From the IMG/VR virus record IMGVR_UViG_3300032322_001263: 64,000 bases of DNA; one strand, 5' to 3'. Positions 16,752 to 25,472 of the stretch are shown in pieces. Position numbers and translations under genes: made by a program. Numbering within the stretch: the first letter of the stretch is position 1; each line of letters opens with the position of its first letter. The notes under the pieces were generated by a model. The model saw nothing but the letters and a program-made list of their open reading frames with translations. It ran no database searches and had not been told where the DNA came from. This stretch comes from an uncultured virus (IMG/VR IMGVR_UViG_3300032322_001263). Taxonomy: Duplodnaviria > Heunggongvirae > Uroviricota > Caudoviricetes.

Positions 16752-18479
16752 GTGTCGATCGTTCCAAGTTCTCTGGTTCCAACAGCAGATAGTAATTCGC
16801 TTCCATTTGAGCGCAGGTTCCCAGAGTACGAGGAAGCCGCTTTTGAAGAAGTTGTTGGTGTCGATGCTTATTCGCTGGAGCAAGCCGAGCAATTTTCTCG
16901 TTTAGCGCCGATTCGTTTCTGCACCCTTCCAGAATTCTACCTCATAGAAGCAGCAGCAGATTATTTGCCGAAAGATTATTTAGAAGAGTTCCCTAGCTAC
17001 GAAGTCCGCAAAACACGCGCACAAAGTAGCTTTCAGAACTACTACGGACACCTAAGGGATCTCGTTGTAGGCACTGCACTTCGCAAAGGTGTATCGCAGC
17101 CGGAAGAAATTCCTGCGGAATGGGGAAACTTCTTCGATGATGTGGACCTTGAAGGTCACTCGTTGGTTTCTTACACGAAGGAAGCTTTTACGGAAAGCAT
17201 TGACGGTGGGGTTTCTGGTATTTGGGTTGAATATCCCGAGCTTTCGCCAGACCTCACTGCAGACGAGGAGAAAAAAATTAATGCTCGGCCATATTTTGTT
17301 TTAATGCGTGTCGATCAGGTACTTGAATGCCGTTACGATCAATTCACCGTTGAGCTTGGCGGACAAAGCGTCTTCGGTGCATTCCCGACCTATTTGCGAA
17401 TCAAAACAGAAGTACGTCAGCAATCGGAAACTAACGAATTTTTTGAAGAAGTTGTTCCGGCTGTGCGCGTTTACGATATTGAGAGTGCTAGAACAGATAC
17501 GGTTTCCCAGTTCGGAGACTCTATTGGCGGAACCCCCTTCAACCAAAGAGTTCGCTGCCGTCTTTATACAAAAAAGATAAGCCAAGAGTCAATCGACAAG
17601 TATATTCTCAGGCAAACCAGCTACATCTCGCTTCCCTTTATTCCATTTGTTCCAATCTTTGGCGGCAAGAAAGAAGCGTTTTTTCGTGCTCGCCCACTTC
17701 TTTTCGATATTGCACGTCTAAACCTCCACCACTGGAGCGTATCTGCTGACCTTGCAGAATCAATTCACCTTACCGCCTCGCCAATTCTTACAGGAACCGG
17801 GGTACGTCCAGAAGACAAGATTGAAGCAGGAGGAGGTAGGGCACTTTTTTCTTCTAATTCGGATGCAAAGTATGGAATGCTAAGTGCTCCAATGGACGGA
17901 GCTTCTATCACTCTTGAGAACCTAAAGCGAATTGAGTCTGCAATGGAGCGATTGGCTGCTGTTGCAATGACAACTGGCAAAACGCAAGCCGAATCAGGCT
18001 TCGCAAAATTGCTGGATCGTTCTCAAAGTGATTCGCTGCTCGCCGTACTTGTTCAAAGTTTAGAGGATTCTGTTAATAGAGCGTTGCTCTACGCATCTGC
18101 TTATCGTAAAATTCCACCAGTGCGAATTTCGATTAGCAAGAACTTTATTCCAGTCAAGCTTCACTCGCAGCAAGTTCTTGCACTGCTCGCACTACTCAAG
18201 AGCAATACAATCACAATCGAGCTTTTCTTACAAATGCTTGAAGCGGGCGAAATGTTTGAAGGTCTTGCTGATTTCAGTGTTAAGGATCTTTTGAGGAAAA
18301 TGAACCTAGAGGGCAGTGAAACTGCCGAGGATCTTGGCATTGCAGACGGTGCCAGTACGCAGACCCCCAATCGCGGCCAGATTCCGGTTGATGCCAGTAC
18401 ACCGCTGTCGGAAGGCTCTGATGCGGAAACACAGGAGACGAGTGTAGAACCAGCCGAAACCGATGGTGCTATGATTTAA
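16752..18479 (+). CDS. portal protein (DUF4055-like)
   Basis: Follows terL; YLP...E...Y..R, DDVDLEG, RPYF, IPFVP and PLLFDIA.LN..H motifs; start GTG 16752 or 16731. Confidence 0.85.
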   Translation: MSIVPSSLVPTADSNSLPFERRFPEYEEAAFEEVVGVDAYSLEQAEQFSRLAPIRFCTLPEFYLIEAAADYLPKDYLEEFPSYEVRKTRAQSSFQNYYGHLRDLVVGTALRKGVSQPEEIPAEWGNFFDDVDLEGHSLVSYTKEAFTESIDGGVSGIWVEYPELSPDLTADEEKKINARPYFVLMRVDQVLECRYDQFTVELGGQSVFGAFPTYLRIKTEVRQQSETNEFFEEVVPAVRVYDIESARTDTVSQFGDSIGGTPFNQRVRCRLYTKKISQESIDKYILRQTSYISLPFIPFVPIFGGKKEAFFRARPLLFDIARLNLHHWSVSADLAESIHLTASPILTGTGVRPEDKIEAGGGRALFSSNSDAKYGMLSAPMDGASITLENLKRIESAMERLAAVAMTTGKTQAESGFAKLLDRSQSDSLLAVLVQSLEDSVNRALLYASAYRKIPPVRISISKNFIPVKLHSQQVLALLALLKSNTITIELFLQMLEAGEMFEGLADFSVKDLLRKMNLEGSETAEDLGIADGASTQTPNRGQIPVDASTPLSEGSDAETQETSVEPAETDGAMI

Positions 18480-18500
18480 CGAGTCAACACACGACTTTGC

Positions 18501-19337
18501 GTGGACCTTCCTGAAACCCTTGAAGACGCTATTGCTCTGATCAAAGAGCTTCAGCAACAAACCAATAGCCTTGAAAGCTCTCAGGTAGCACTAAAGGCAA
18601 CCAACCAAGGTCTTCTTAAGGATCTCAAGAAAAAGAAGACTGTTGATAGCTTTATCAAGATTGCTGGACTCGATCTATCCGGTGACCTGGACGAAGAGGC
18701 CCTGGCAGAACGTCTTGCTCCAGTCCTGAAGGCCGCCACCACTGAGCCCCCGGAGCCCCAGCAACAGCCCCCCGCCGCGCCCCAGGGGCAATCCCCTTCC
18801 GATGCGATGGACGAGGCCGTGAAGGCGCAATTCGCTTCCCTGAGGACGGAACTCGCAAACCTTCGCAAGACGAACGAAGACCTAGAGAAAGAAAAGAATC
18901 TTGAAAAAGAAAAGCGTCGTCAAAGCAAGCTTGAGACTTTAGTAACAGAAGAGCTTTCAAAAGTTGAATGCACCAGGCCAAAGCATGTTTTCAAGCTTCA
19001 GCAAGATAGCTTTAGGCTTCTCGATGATGAAAGCACTGTTGTTTTCGGTTCGGAACAAGATCCGATCGCGCTTCGTGATGCGGTAACCAGACTGCGTGAT
19101 GACGAAGAGTATTCGATCTACTTCCGTGGTAGTGGCGCAACTGGCTCTGGTATGACTACAAGTCGCGCACCGGCTCTTACATACACGAATAATCCTTTTA
19201 GCAAGGATTCGGCCAATGCTACTGAAGCCGCAAGGTTGCTTAGCTCCGATCCGGACAAGGCAAAGCGCTTGATTCAAGATGCAAGGCTTGCTGGAAAGCT
19301 TGATCCGGTAATCTCCAGAGCGTTGCAATCAATGTAA
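18501..19337 (+). CDS. capsid scaffolding protein
   Basis: Coiled coil, GSG linker and C-terminal NPF...N.TE motif; located between portal and MCP. Confidence 0.75.
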   Translation: MDLPETLEDAIALIKELQQQTNSLESSQVALKATNQGLLKDLKKKKTVDSFIKIAGLDLSGDLDEEALAERLAPVLKAATTEPPEPQQQPPAAPQGQSPSDAMDEAVKAQFASLRTELANLRKTNEDLEKEKNLEKEKRRQSKLETLVTEELSKVECTRPKHVFKLQQDSFRLLDDESTVVFGSEQDPIALRDAVTRLRDDEEYSIYFRGSGATGSGMTTSRAPALTYTNNPFSKDSANATEAARLLSSDPDKAKRLIQDARLAGKLDPVISRALQSM

Positions 19338-19392
19338 TTCCAGCCAAAGTCTACTGACTGATGTAAACTGATTTGGCTCTTGTTGGGTCACC

Positions 19393-19420
19393 GCCCCCGT
19401 TAAAGCCGGGGGCTTTTTGT
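19393..19420 (+). terminator. intrinsic terminator
   Basis: GCCCCCG...CGGGGGC plus TTTTT. Confidence 0.75.
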
Positions 19421-19454
19421 TGCTAGAATCTTTTTAGTATTAGCTCTTGCAACT

Positions 19455-19811
19455 ATGCCACGCCGTAGTAAAAATTCCTACAGTGGAATTTCCTTTAAGC
19501 CGCCTGCTGCTGTTGCTGCTGCAGCTCGTCGCGCTTTAAAAAAGCGAAACGATAAACCACCATCAAATCGTGGGATGACTTCAGTTGGCCTGGCTAGAGC
19601 GCGACAACTTTCAAACCGTCAAGAGCTTTCGCCTGCAACTATTGACAGAATGGTGAGTTATTTTGATCGTCACGAAGTAGACAAAAAGGGATCAAGCTGG
19701 GACGATTACGGTAAGGGTCGTCAGGCTTGGGACGGTTGGGGCGGTAACCCAGGGCGAAGCTGGGCTCGTTCGATTGCTCGCCGGATGGACGCAGCCGAGG
19801 ACAAGTCCTAG
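19455..19811 (+). CDS. conserved basic head-region protein (GLARARQL...RMVSYFDRH...WGG family)
   Basis: Motif recurrent in phage head modules; function unknown. Confidence 0.7.
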   Translation: MPRRSKNSYSGISFKPPAAVAAAARRALKKRNDKPPSNRGMTSVGLARARQLSNRQELSPATIDRMVSYFDRHEVDKKGSSWDDYGKGRQAWDGWGGNPGRSWARSIARRMDAAEDKS

Positions 19812-19956
19812 TCAGCCCCGGCCATCTCAGGAGAATGCGGAAAGGCGTACCGGAACATCTTTTGTTTCATAATGGAAGAATCGACTAATTGTAATTGGAG
19901 CGGTTCTGGCCGGGTGGTCTTCAGTAAACTGGTCTTGAGCGATTCCCCCATTTGTC

Positions 19957-20250
19957 ATGCCCTACAAAACCGATCAGAACATTCTTGGCCGTCAGGTTAC
20001 TGATGATGCCGACGAATTGATTGCAGGCATTCGCATTATGTATGCGGCCGGTACTGGTCTTCGGACTGCTACTAACATCAAGCTTCCAACTGCCTTGACC
20101 CAGGCGCAGCTTGTGCGGATTTTCAACGGTCTTCCAACTGTAACTGGTACTCAGACTTTGGACATTGTTGGCGCCACCGGCACTGCTGCTCTTACCACTG
20201 GTGAAAAAGCAATTGCTACTGGCAAGGGCTGGACGCTAACTCTTACTTGA
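19957..20250 (+). CDS. putative virion (head decoration) protein
   Basis: Thr/Ala/Gly-rich, ends IATGKGWTL; own terminator. Confidence 0.6.
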   Translation: MPYKTDQNILGRQVTDDADELIAGIRIMYAAGTGLRTATNIKLPTALTQAQLVRIFNGLPTVTGTQTLDIVGATGTAALTTGEKAIATGKGWTLTLT

Positions 20251-20267
20251 TTGAGTTCAGGCTTACA

Positions 20268-20293
20268 AGCCCTGCTTCGGCAGGGCTTTTTTG
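20268..20293 (+). terminator. intrinsic terminator
   Basis: AAGCCCTGC-TTCG-GCAGGGCTT plus T-tract. Confidence 0.9.
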
Positions 20294-20315
20294 TTGAACA
20301 CTTACCAACAAACAA

Positions 20316-20489
20316 ATGAAAAAAGCAACCAAAGCCGAAAAGAAGATGAGCAAGGTTATGAAAGAGTATTCTGCTGGCACTCTTCGTATGGGTAGCAAGA
20401 AGGGTCCAGTTGTTAAAAGTCGCAAGCAGGCTATTGCAATTGCAATGAGCGAGGCTGGCATGAGAAAGAAAAAAAAGAAGAAAGCTTGA
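20316..20489 (+). CDS. small basic protein, DUF6496-like (57 aa; not in track)
   Basis: Manual translation: KVMKEYSAGTLRMGSKKGPVVKSRKQAIAIAMSEAG. Confidence 0.75.
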   Translation: MKKATKAEKKMSKVMKEYSAGTLRMGSKKGPVVKSRKQAIAIAMSEAGMRKKKKKKA

Positions 20490-20644
20490 CCATGATTTTT
20501 TGCTAGTCTATTGGCAACAGAGGCTGTGCCTCGCCGGGTCGAGCACCCGTTTAGCGGTTGTGCCGCAAGCATTCGCTCTAGCAGTGGCAGTGCCACAAGA
20601 GCACAAATCAATCCCCTTCCCACCCTTCTCTAAGGTAAAAAACC

Positions 20645-21631
20645 ATGCTCCTCGCTGGCGTTCCTTTTATCCCCCAGCTCTTCCTGGAATACCAGCAGGA
20701 AGAGTTGAAGAACAAGAATGCTCTTGTTACCAGTGGCCTGATGGTTACGAATAACGCTATCCAAGCTGAATTCGCCAAAGGCGGCAAGACTATCGACCTT
20801 CCCTTTTTCGGTGATCTGACCGGAGAAGATGAAGTCGTGAGCGATACCGTTGGCCTTACGGCTGACACGCTGGCAGGCAACCTGCAAACCGGCGTTCGTC
20901 TCATGCGTGGTAAGTCCTGGAAGGCTTCGGATCTTGCGGCTGAATTGACTGGTTCCGATCCCATGCAGGCCGTTGCTCGTCGCACTGGTCAGTTCTGGGT
21001 TCGCAGGATGCAAGCCACCTTGATTTCCACGATTCGTGGTCTGTTTGCAACTGGTGGCCCACTTGCTTCCTCCCACGCCGTTGGTGGAACCTCTACCCAG
21101 CTCAGCGCCGATGTAATGGTTGACACCATTGCCAAGCTCGGTGATGCAGGTAATGAGTTGACTGGTGCTTTGATGCACTCGCGCACCTATTACCGCTTGA
21201 TGAAGCTGGATCTAATTGTTCCCGCTAGTAACACCTCTCAGATTGACACTCGGCTCTCCAGTGAGCGTCTGGAGCTTGGCACCTATCTGGGTCGCCCGGT
21301 TTTCGTAGACGACACCCTGCCTGTTGAAGTTGGCGCTGGTACTGGCAGTGCTGATGTTCTGCAGACCTACTTCTTCGGTCCTGGTGCATTTGCTTATGCA
21401 AGTGCTCCCGCGAAGACTCCCCTTGAAACCGACCGCGATCCCGCTGTTGGTGTTGACTATCTGTTCAACCGCACCCATTACCTGGTTCACCCCAACGGTA
21501 TTTCCTGGAATGGCAATGCGGCTGCCCAAGGTGGTCCTACCAACACCGAGCTTGCTACTGGCAGCAACTGGGAAAAGGTGTTCACCGACAATCGCAACAT
21601 TCGGATTACCCAACTTCGGGCCTTCATCTGA
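20645..21631 (+). CDS. major capsid protein (HK97 fold)
   Basis: GGKTIDLPFFGDL, DLAAELTGSDPM, ALMHS..Y, YLGRPVFVDD and HPNGISW motifs; strong codon bias. Confidence 0.9.
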   Translation: MLLAGVPFIPQLFLEYQQEELKNKNALVTSGLMVTNNAIQAEFAKGGKTIDLPFFGDLTGEDEVVSDTVGLTADTLAGNLQTGVRLMRGKSWKASDLAAELTGSDPMQAVARRTGQFWVRRMQATLISTIRGLFATGGPLASSHAVGGTSTQLSADVMVDTIAKLGDAGNELTGALMHSRTYYRLMKLDLIVPASNTSQIDTRLSSERLELGTYLGRPVFVDDTLPVEVGAGTGSADVLQTYFFGPGAFAYASAPAKTPLETDRDPAVGVDYLFNRTHYLVHPNGISWNGNAAAQGGPTNTELATGSNWEKVFTDNRNIRITQLRAFI

Positions 21632-21654
21632 TTAGAGCGATTTCGGTTCAACAT

Positions 21655-21677
21655 GGCCCCGCTTCGGCGGGGCTTTT
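21655..21677 (+). terminator. intrinsic terminator
   Basis: GGCCCCGC-TTCG-GCGGGGCT plus TTT. Confidence 0.9.
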
Positions 21678-21725
21678 ACCAGTCCATTTCAATTTCTAAT
21701 CACCAATCCATTTCAATTCTAAATC

Positions 21726-21893
21726 ATGGGAATGTTCGCTGCTCGCCTTGCAAAAGAGCGTCAAAATGCCCAAGCTTCCAGCCCTGCGCCTGAGCCCTCT
21801 ATCGAGCCTGCAGGGCCGGTAGAAGCCCCCAAGCCCGCCCCTGCATCGCCTGCACCGGCCGCCAAGGCCAAGCCAGCTACCGTGAAGTCCTGA
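21726..21893 (+). CDS. small Pro/Ala-rich protein (55 aa; not in track)
   Basis: Manual translation MGMFAARLAKERQ...PAPAAKAKPATVKS. Confidence 0.55.
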   Translation: MGMFAARLAKERQNAQASSPAPEPSIEPAGPVEAPKPAPASPAPAAKAKPATVKS

Positions 21894-21921
21894 ACCCCTA
21901 GAGAGCCACCAGGGAACCGCC

Positions 21922-22578
21922 ATGGCCTTTGTTTCGACTCTTGGAGCGGATAACGCTAACTCCTTCCTGAGTGTTGCAAGGGCTGTGGCTTTACTTGGCG
22001 ACTTGCCGGTGAGCGCTGGTATTTCAGCCTGGCTTGCGTTAAGTGATACGCAAAAGCAACAAACACTTGTTGCATCTACAATGACAATCAATCCTCTCAA
22101 GTGGAAGGGTGCTGCTTCGTCTTCAGAGCAGTCCCTTGCCTGGCCGAGAATTATTATTTCCGACAGCAGGCGGCTTGCAAGTGACGAGCTGCCGATTGAC
22201 TTTGAAATTGCCGTTGCCTATATGGCAGCCTTCCTTGGCAGTGGCGGTGGGTACACGGCTGTTGCTGTTAATGATGGTGGCTCCCCTCTTCGCAGTACAA
22301 GCCAATACGATGAAGTTAATCTTGGCGATGGAGCATTGCAGGTAAAGTTTAAGAAAGAAAACGGACCTCAGACCGGAACCGATTATATCCCTCCATTTTC
22401 AATGGATATTTTGCGTCGTTACATGGTTGACGAAAACTTCAACCAGCCATATGTAAATCGCAGAAGCACTGCAAGGGTCGATGCACGTTATAGCGGCTCC
22501 CCTCGTTCAAGAGGAATCCGCTTTGCTAATGGCCAAGTATTTCCAGCGTATGGCGGCTGGTATAGTAATCCACTATAA
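21922..22578 (+). CDS. head-tail adaptor (DnaT-like family)
   Basis: ANSFLSVA...WKG...QSLAWPR motif; position after MCP. Confidence 0.75.
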   Translation: MAFVSTLGADNANSFLSVARAVALLGDLPVSAGISAWLALSDTQKQQTLVASTMTINPLKWKGAASSSEQSLAWPRIIISDSRRLASDELPIDFEIAVAYMAAFLGSGGGYTAVAVNDGGSPLRSTSQYDEVNLGDGALQVKFKKENGPQTGTDYIPPFSMDILRRYMVDENFNQPYVNRRSTARVDARYSGSPRSRGIRFANGQVFPAYGGWYSNPL

Positions 22579-22584
22579 TACACC

Positions 22585-22962
22585 ATGGCCCTCGTAGATG
22601 ACATTTTTTCTACAATTCCAGGACCGCTAGTTGAGCAGTTTGGGATAGCCGCTACTTATCTAAAGGCAAGTAAAAATCAATCTTACAATCCAGAAACAGG
22701 AACCGTCCTTGGTGTTGCTGCTAAAATTCCAGTAAAAGTTATTATAGCCTACCTTAAGGCAAGGGAAATCGAAGGGATGTATCAGCATGGAGACATGAAG
22801 ATCCTCATCCCGGCTGGTTACTTGCTAGGCTACTATCCGCAAACAACTGATTCCATTAGCTATTTACAAAATGGTGCAACCAGGACAGCCAGAATTATTG
22901 ACCCGATTTCTTATCGTGGCGATAACCCTATATTACATGTCGTTATTGCGAGAGTGAACTGA
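22585..22962 (+). CDS. head closure protein
   Basis: Synteny; YNPETG and GDMKILIPA motifs. Confidence 0.65.
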   Translation: MALVDDIFSTIPGPLVEQFGIAATYLKASKNQSYNPETGTVLGVAAKIPVKVIIAYLKAREIEGMYQHGDMKILIPAGYLLGYYPQTTDSISYLQNGATRTARIIDPISYRGDNPILHVVIARVN

Positions 22963-22963
22963 C

Positions 22964-23488
22964 ATGGGAAAACCGATTAAACAGATCAATCGAGACTTGA
23001 GAAGGCAGATCCAAAGTGCCGCGAGACATACCGCTGCAGCAATTATGAATGACCTTGCAGACAGAGGGCCTGACTGGGGAGGAGAATTTAAAAATAGCTG
23101 GGTTGCAGATGCTCCAGGAGTTGGCAAGGGCAAGCGGGGCTTGTATCCATATACCATCAGGGACACTCCTGCATTACCTGATACGATTGCAGCAACCAAA
23201 AGAAATCCAAAGCTAAGGATTATCAATACCACGGATTACGCAATGGCCGCGATGGATCTTGAAGAGGGGAAATTTGAGAATCCTGGTTTCAAGCCTAAGG
23301 GGGATATTGTTATTGAGGGTAGGCGGGTTGGCAGCATGAGAACGGATATTGTCGAACCCCTAGAAGGCAAAGATCCAACTTCTTTTGCAACCGCTGAACC
23401 CGATTGGTTTGTTAGTTACGTAAATGGTGGTGGACTTCAAAAATCGCTTGAGCATGGAATTAAAATTGCATTTGCAACAAGTAATTAA
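22964..23488 (+). CDS. neck protein (HK97 gp10-like)
   Basis: GPDWGGEFKNSW and INTTDYA motifs; synteny. Confidence 0.65.
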   Translation: MGKPIKQINRDLRRQIQSAARHTAAAIMNDLADRGPDWGGEFKNSWVADAPGVGKGKRGLYPYTIRDTPALPDTIAATKRNPKLRIINTTDYAMAAMDLEEGKFENPGFKPKGDIVIEGRRVGSMRTDIVEPLEGKDPTSFATAEPDWFVSYVNGGGLQKSLEHGIKIAFATSN

Positions 23489-23917
23489 ATGAACTACCAA
23501 TCAATTCGGGCCGCAATGGAAGCACCGCTGCTGGCAGCCTACGATTCTCAGATCCCTTCGGTTCCGGTTTATTTCGATAACATTACATCAGTTCCGCCAG
23601 ATGCACCAAAGGAGTACATACGAATAAATATTGTATTCGGTATTACGACTGAATCAACGTTAAGTGGTTCACTAGATTACGCAAGGGGTGCGATTATTGT
23701 GCGTTGTTTTACCAAAAAAGGAGCTGGCGCTGCTCGTTGTCAAGAATTAGTTCGCATTGCAAAAGGAATTATTGATACTATTAACGCTACAGGCAAAACA
23801 GCGGACTCAACTTATGTAAGAATTGGTCAAATTACGGGACCATCTTTTCAGTCCCCAGACACCACTCCTCATTTTATCGGACGTATTGATGCTGGCTGGC
23901 AGGCTAGGTCAAGTTGA
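23489..23917 (+). CDS. tail terminator protein
   Basis: Synteny; VYFDN...P and F..KG.G motifs. Confidence 0.65.
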   Translation: MNYQSIRAAMEAPLLAAYDSQIPSVPVYFDNITSVPPDAPKEYIRINIVFGITTESTLSGSLDYARGAIIVRCFTKKGAGAARCQELVRIAKGIIDTINATGKTADSTYVRIGQITGPSFQSPDTTPHFIGRIDAGWQARSS

Positions 23918-23973
23918 ATCGCTATTCTGTTCCTAGCTGGGCAGTGCCCGCAAGCCGTTACCCCTGACCTGCC

Positions 23974-24747
23974 ATGCCCGCAACCGTTCTTTCCGGCGTT
24001 TCTGGCGCCTTTGCTTACAAGCCTGCCAGCACTAGCGCTAACTTTCTTCCCGCTAACGTCGCTTTTGCTAGCGCTGAAATTACCATTGATGCTTATCTTA
24101 ATTTCAAGGTTGGTGATCCCGTCAAGTTTAGCGTTTACAATGCTCAGGGCGGCACTGTTGCTGGTACTTTGCCCGCTGGCCTGGTTGCTGGTACAACGTA
24201 CTACGTCCTTTCTTATGTTCACGCTACCGGCGTTCTCAAGGTTTCTGCCACACTTGGCGGCACTTCGGTAACACTTACTACCGCTGGCACCGTTTCCGCG
24301 CCAAATGAATTCAATGTTCATTATTCGGATTACGCAATTGTAGCGCAAGTTCGTGACTGGACGTTTGAGATTACTCGTAGCGAGATTGACGTTACGACTA
24401 TTGGCCAGGCTCCCGGTCAATACGCTCCCTTCAAGAGCTACATCACTGGTTTCGCTGATGGCACGGGAAGCGCGACCGTTTACATGACGGACGAAGATTC
24501 CGCACTTGCAAACCGGATGATTGAAGACGTTCTTCAACGCAATCAGGTAGGTGCTGCGGTTCGTCTTTACGTTGATCGCATTGTTTCTACTGGCACTACC
24601 ACCGATGAAACCAAGTCACGCTCCATCGCTATGGATGTTGTGCTTACAAGTGCAAGCATGAACGTAAATCCCGATGACGCAATTAGCGTTTCGATCAACT
24701 TCCGTCCTGCTGGTCCTCCAACGATTGATCTTGCCCAAGCGGCTTGA
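23974..24747 (+). CDS. major tail tube protein
   Basis: VRDWTFEITRSEIDVTT, GFADGTGSATV and VNPDD...SINFR motifs; own terminator. Confidence 0.85.
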   Translation: MPATVLSGVSGAFAYKPASTSANFLPANVAFASAEITIDAYLNFKVGDPVKFSVYNAQGGTVAGTLPAGLVAGTTYYVLSYVHATGVLKVSATLGGTSVTLTTAGTVSAPNEFNVHYSDYAIVAQVRDWTFEITRSEIDVTTIGQAPGQYAPFKSYITGFADGTGSATVYMTDEDSALANRMIEDVLQRNQVGAAVRLYVDRIVSTGTTTDETKSRSIAMDVVLTSASMNVNPDDAISVSINFRPAGPPTIDLAQAA

Positions 24748-24773
24748 TCACAATCAGCTACGGATTAAGACTG

Positions 24774-24796
24774 CCCCGCCTATGCGGGGCTTTTTA
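24774..24796 (+). terminator. intrinsic terminator
   Basis: GCCCCGC-CTAT-GCGGGGC plus TTTTT. Confidence 0.85.
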
Positions 24797-24847
24797 TTGA
24801 CCGTTTTGCTTTGATGCGGTAGAGTTCCTTAGAACGCTTCTCCTTTT

Positions 24848-25222
24848 ATGAGCGCACCCCAGGCTTCCCCGGCTGCCACGATCAGAGCGATTGATCGCCT
24901 TCGCAAGGCTGCAAATTTTGAACCGATCAGACAAGTTGTCACCCTTGAGAATGGTGACGAGGTGACATTTTACGCTGCTCCGCTTACTGCTGCAGAGCGT
25001 GAACGGGCGCAAAAAGATGCCAAGTCTGACAGCGCTGGTGATTTTGCAATGCAATTGCTAATCGCAAAGGCACTTGATGAAAACGGTCAAAAGCTGTTCA
25101 AGCCTGGCGACATTCCCGTTTTGAAGATGGAAGTTGAGGACGAGGATCTACAGAAAATGATTCTGTGTGTACTGAGGCCGAGGGGTTCAAACAGCGCAGA
25201 GCCAGACGCCAAAAGTAATTGA
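24848..25222 (+). CDS. tail assembly chaperone (gpG-like)
   Basis: PLTAAERERAQ and KALDENGQKLF motifs; between tube and tape measure. Confidence 0.8.
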   Translation: MSAPQASPAATIRAIDRLRKAANFEPIRQVVTLENGDEVTFYAAPLTAAERERAQKDAKSDSAGDFAMQLLIAKALDENGQKLFKPGDIPVLKMEVEDEDLQKMILCVLRPRGSNSAEPDAKSN

Positions 25223-25406
25223 GAGCGAGCTAGAGTCTGACGGCAGACTTTATTTTCAGCTTTCTCTCGCTGAAGTTCTTCACTGTACCCTTTCCGAGCT
25301 TAAGGGCAAGGTAACAGATGAAGAGATGAGTCTCTGGGCCGCTTACTTTGCAATTAAAAGCAAGCGACAGGCCGCAGAGATGGAAAAAATCAAGCGTCAA
25401 CGATAA
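25212..25406 (+). CDS. gpT-like frameshift extension of the tail chaperone
   Basis: Open +1 frame ...FQLSLAEVLHCTLSELKGKVTDEEMSLWAAYF...; no start codon before the conserved part. Confidence 0.7.
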   Translation, partial: KVIESELESDGRLYFQLSLAEVLHCTLSELKGKVTDEEMSLWAAYFAIKSKRQAAEMEKIKRQR

Positions 25407-25428
25407 CCGCCTTTCGGGGCGGTTTTTT
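25405..25428 (+). terminator. intrinsic terminator
   Basis: AACCGCCT-TTCG-GGGCGGTT plus T-tract. Confidence 0.8.
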
Positions 25429-25472
25429 CGTGCTTAGCTAGACTCCTGGAACGGGGCGGGGATTTTACAGCA

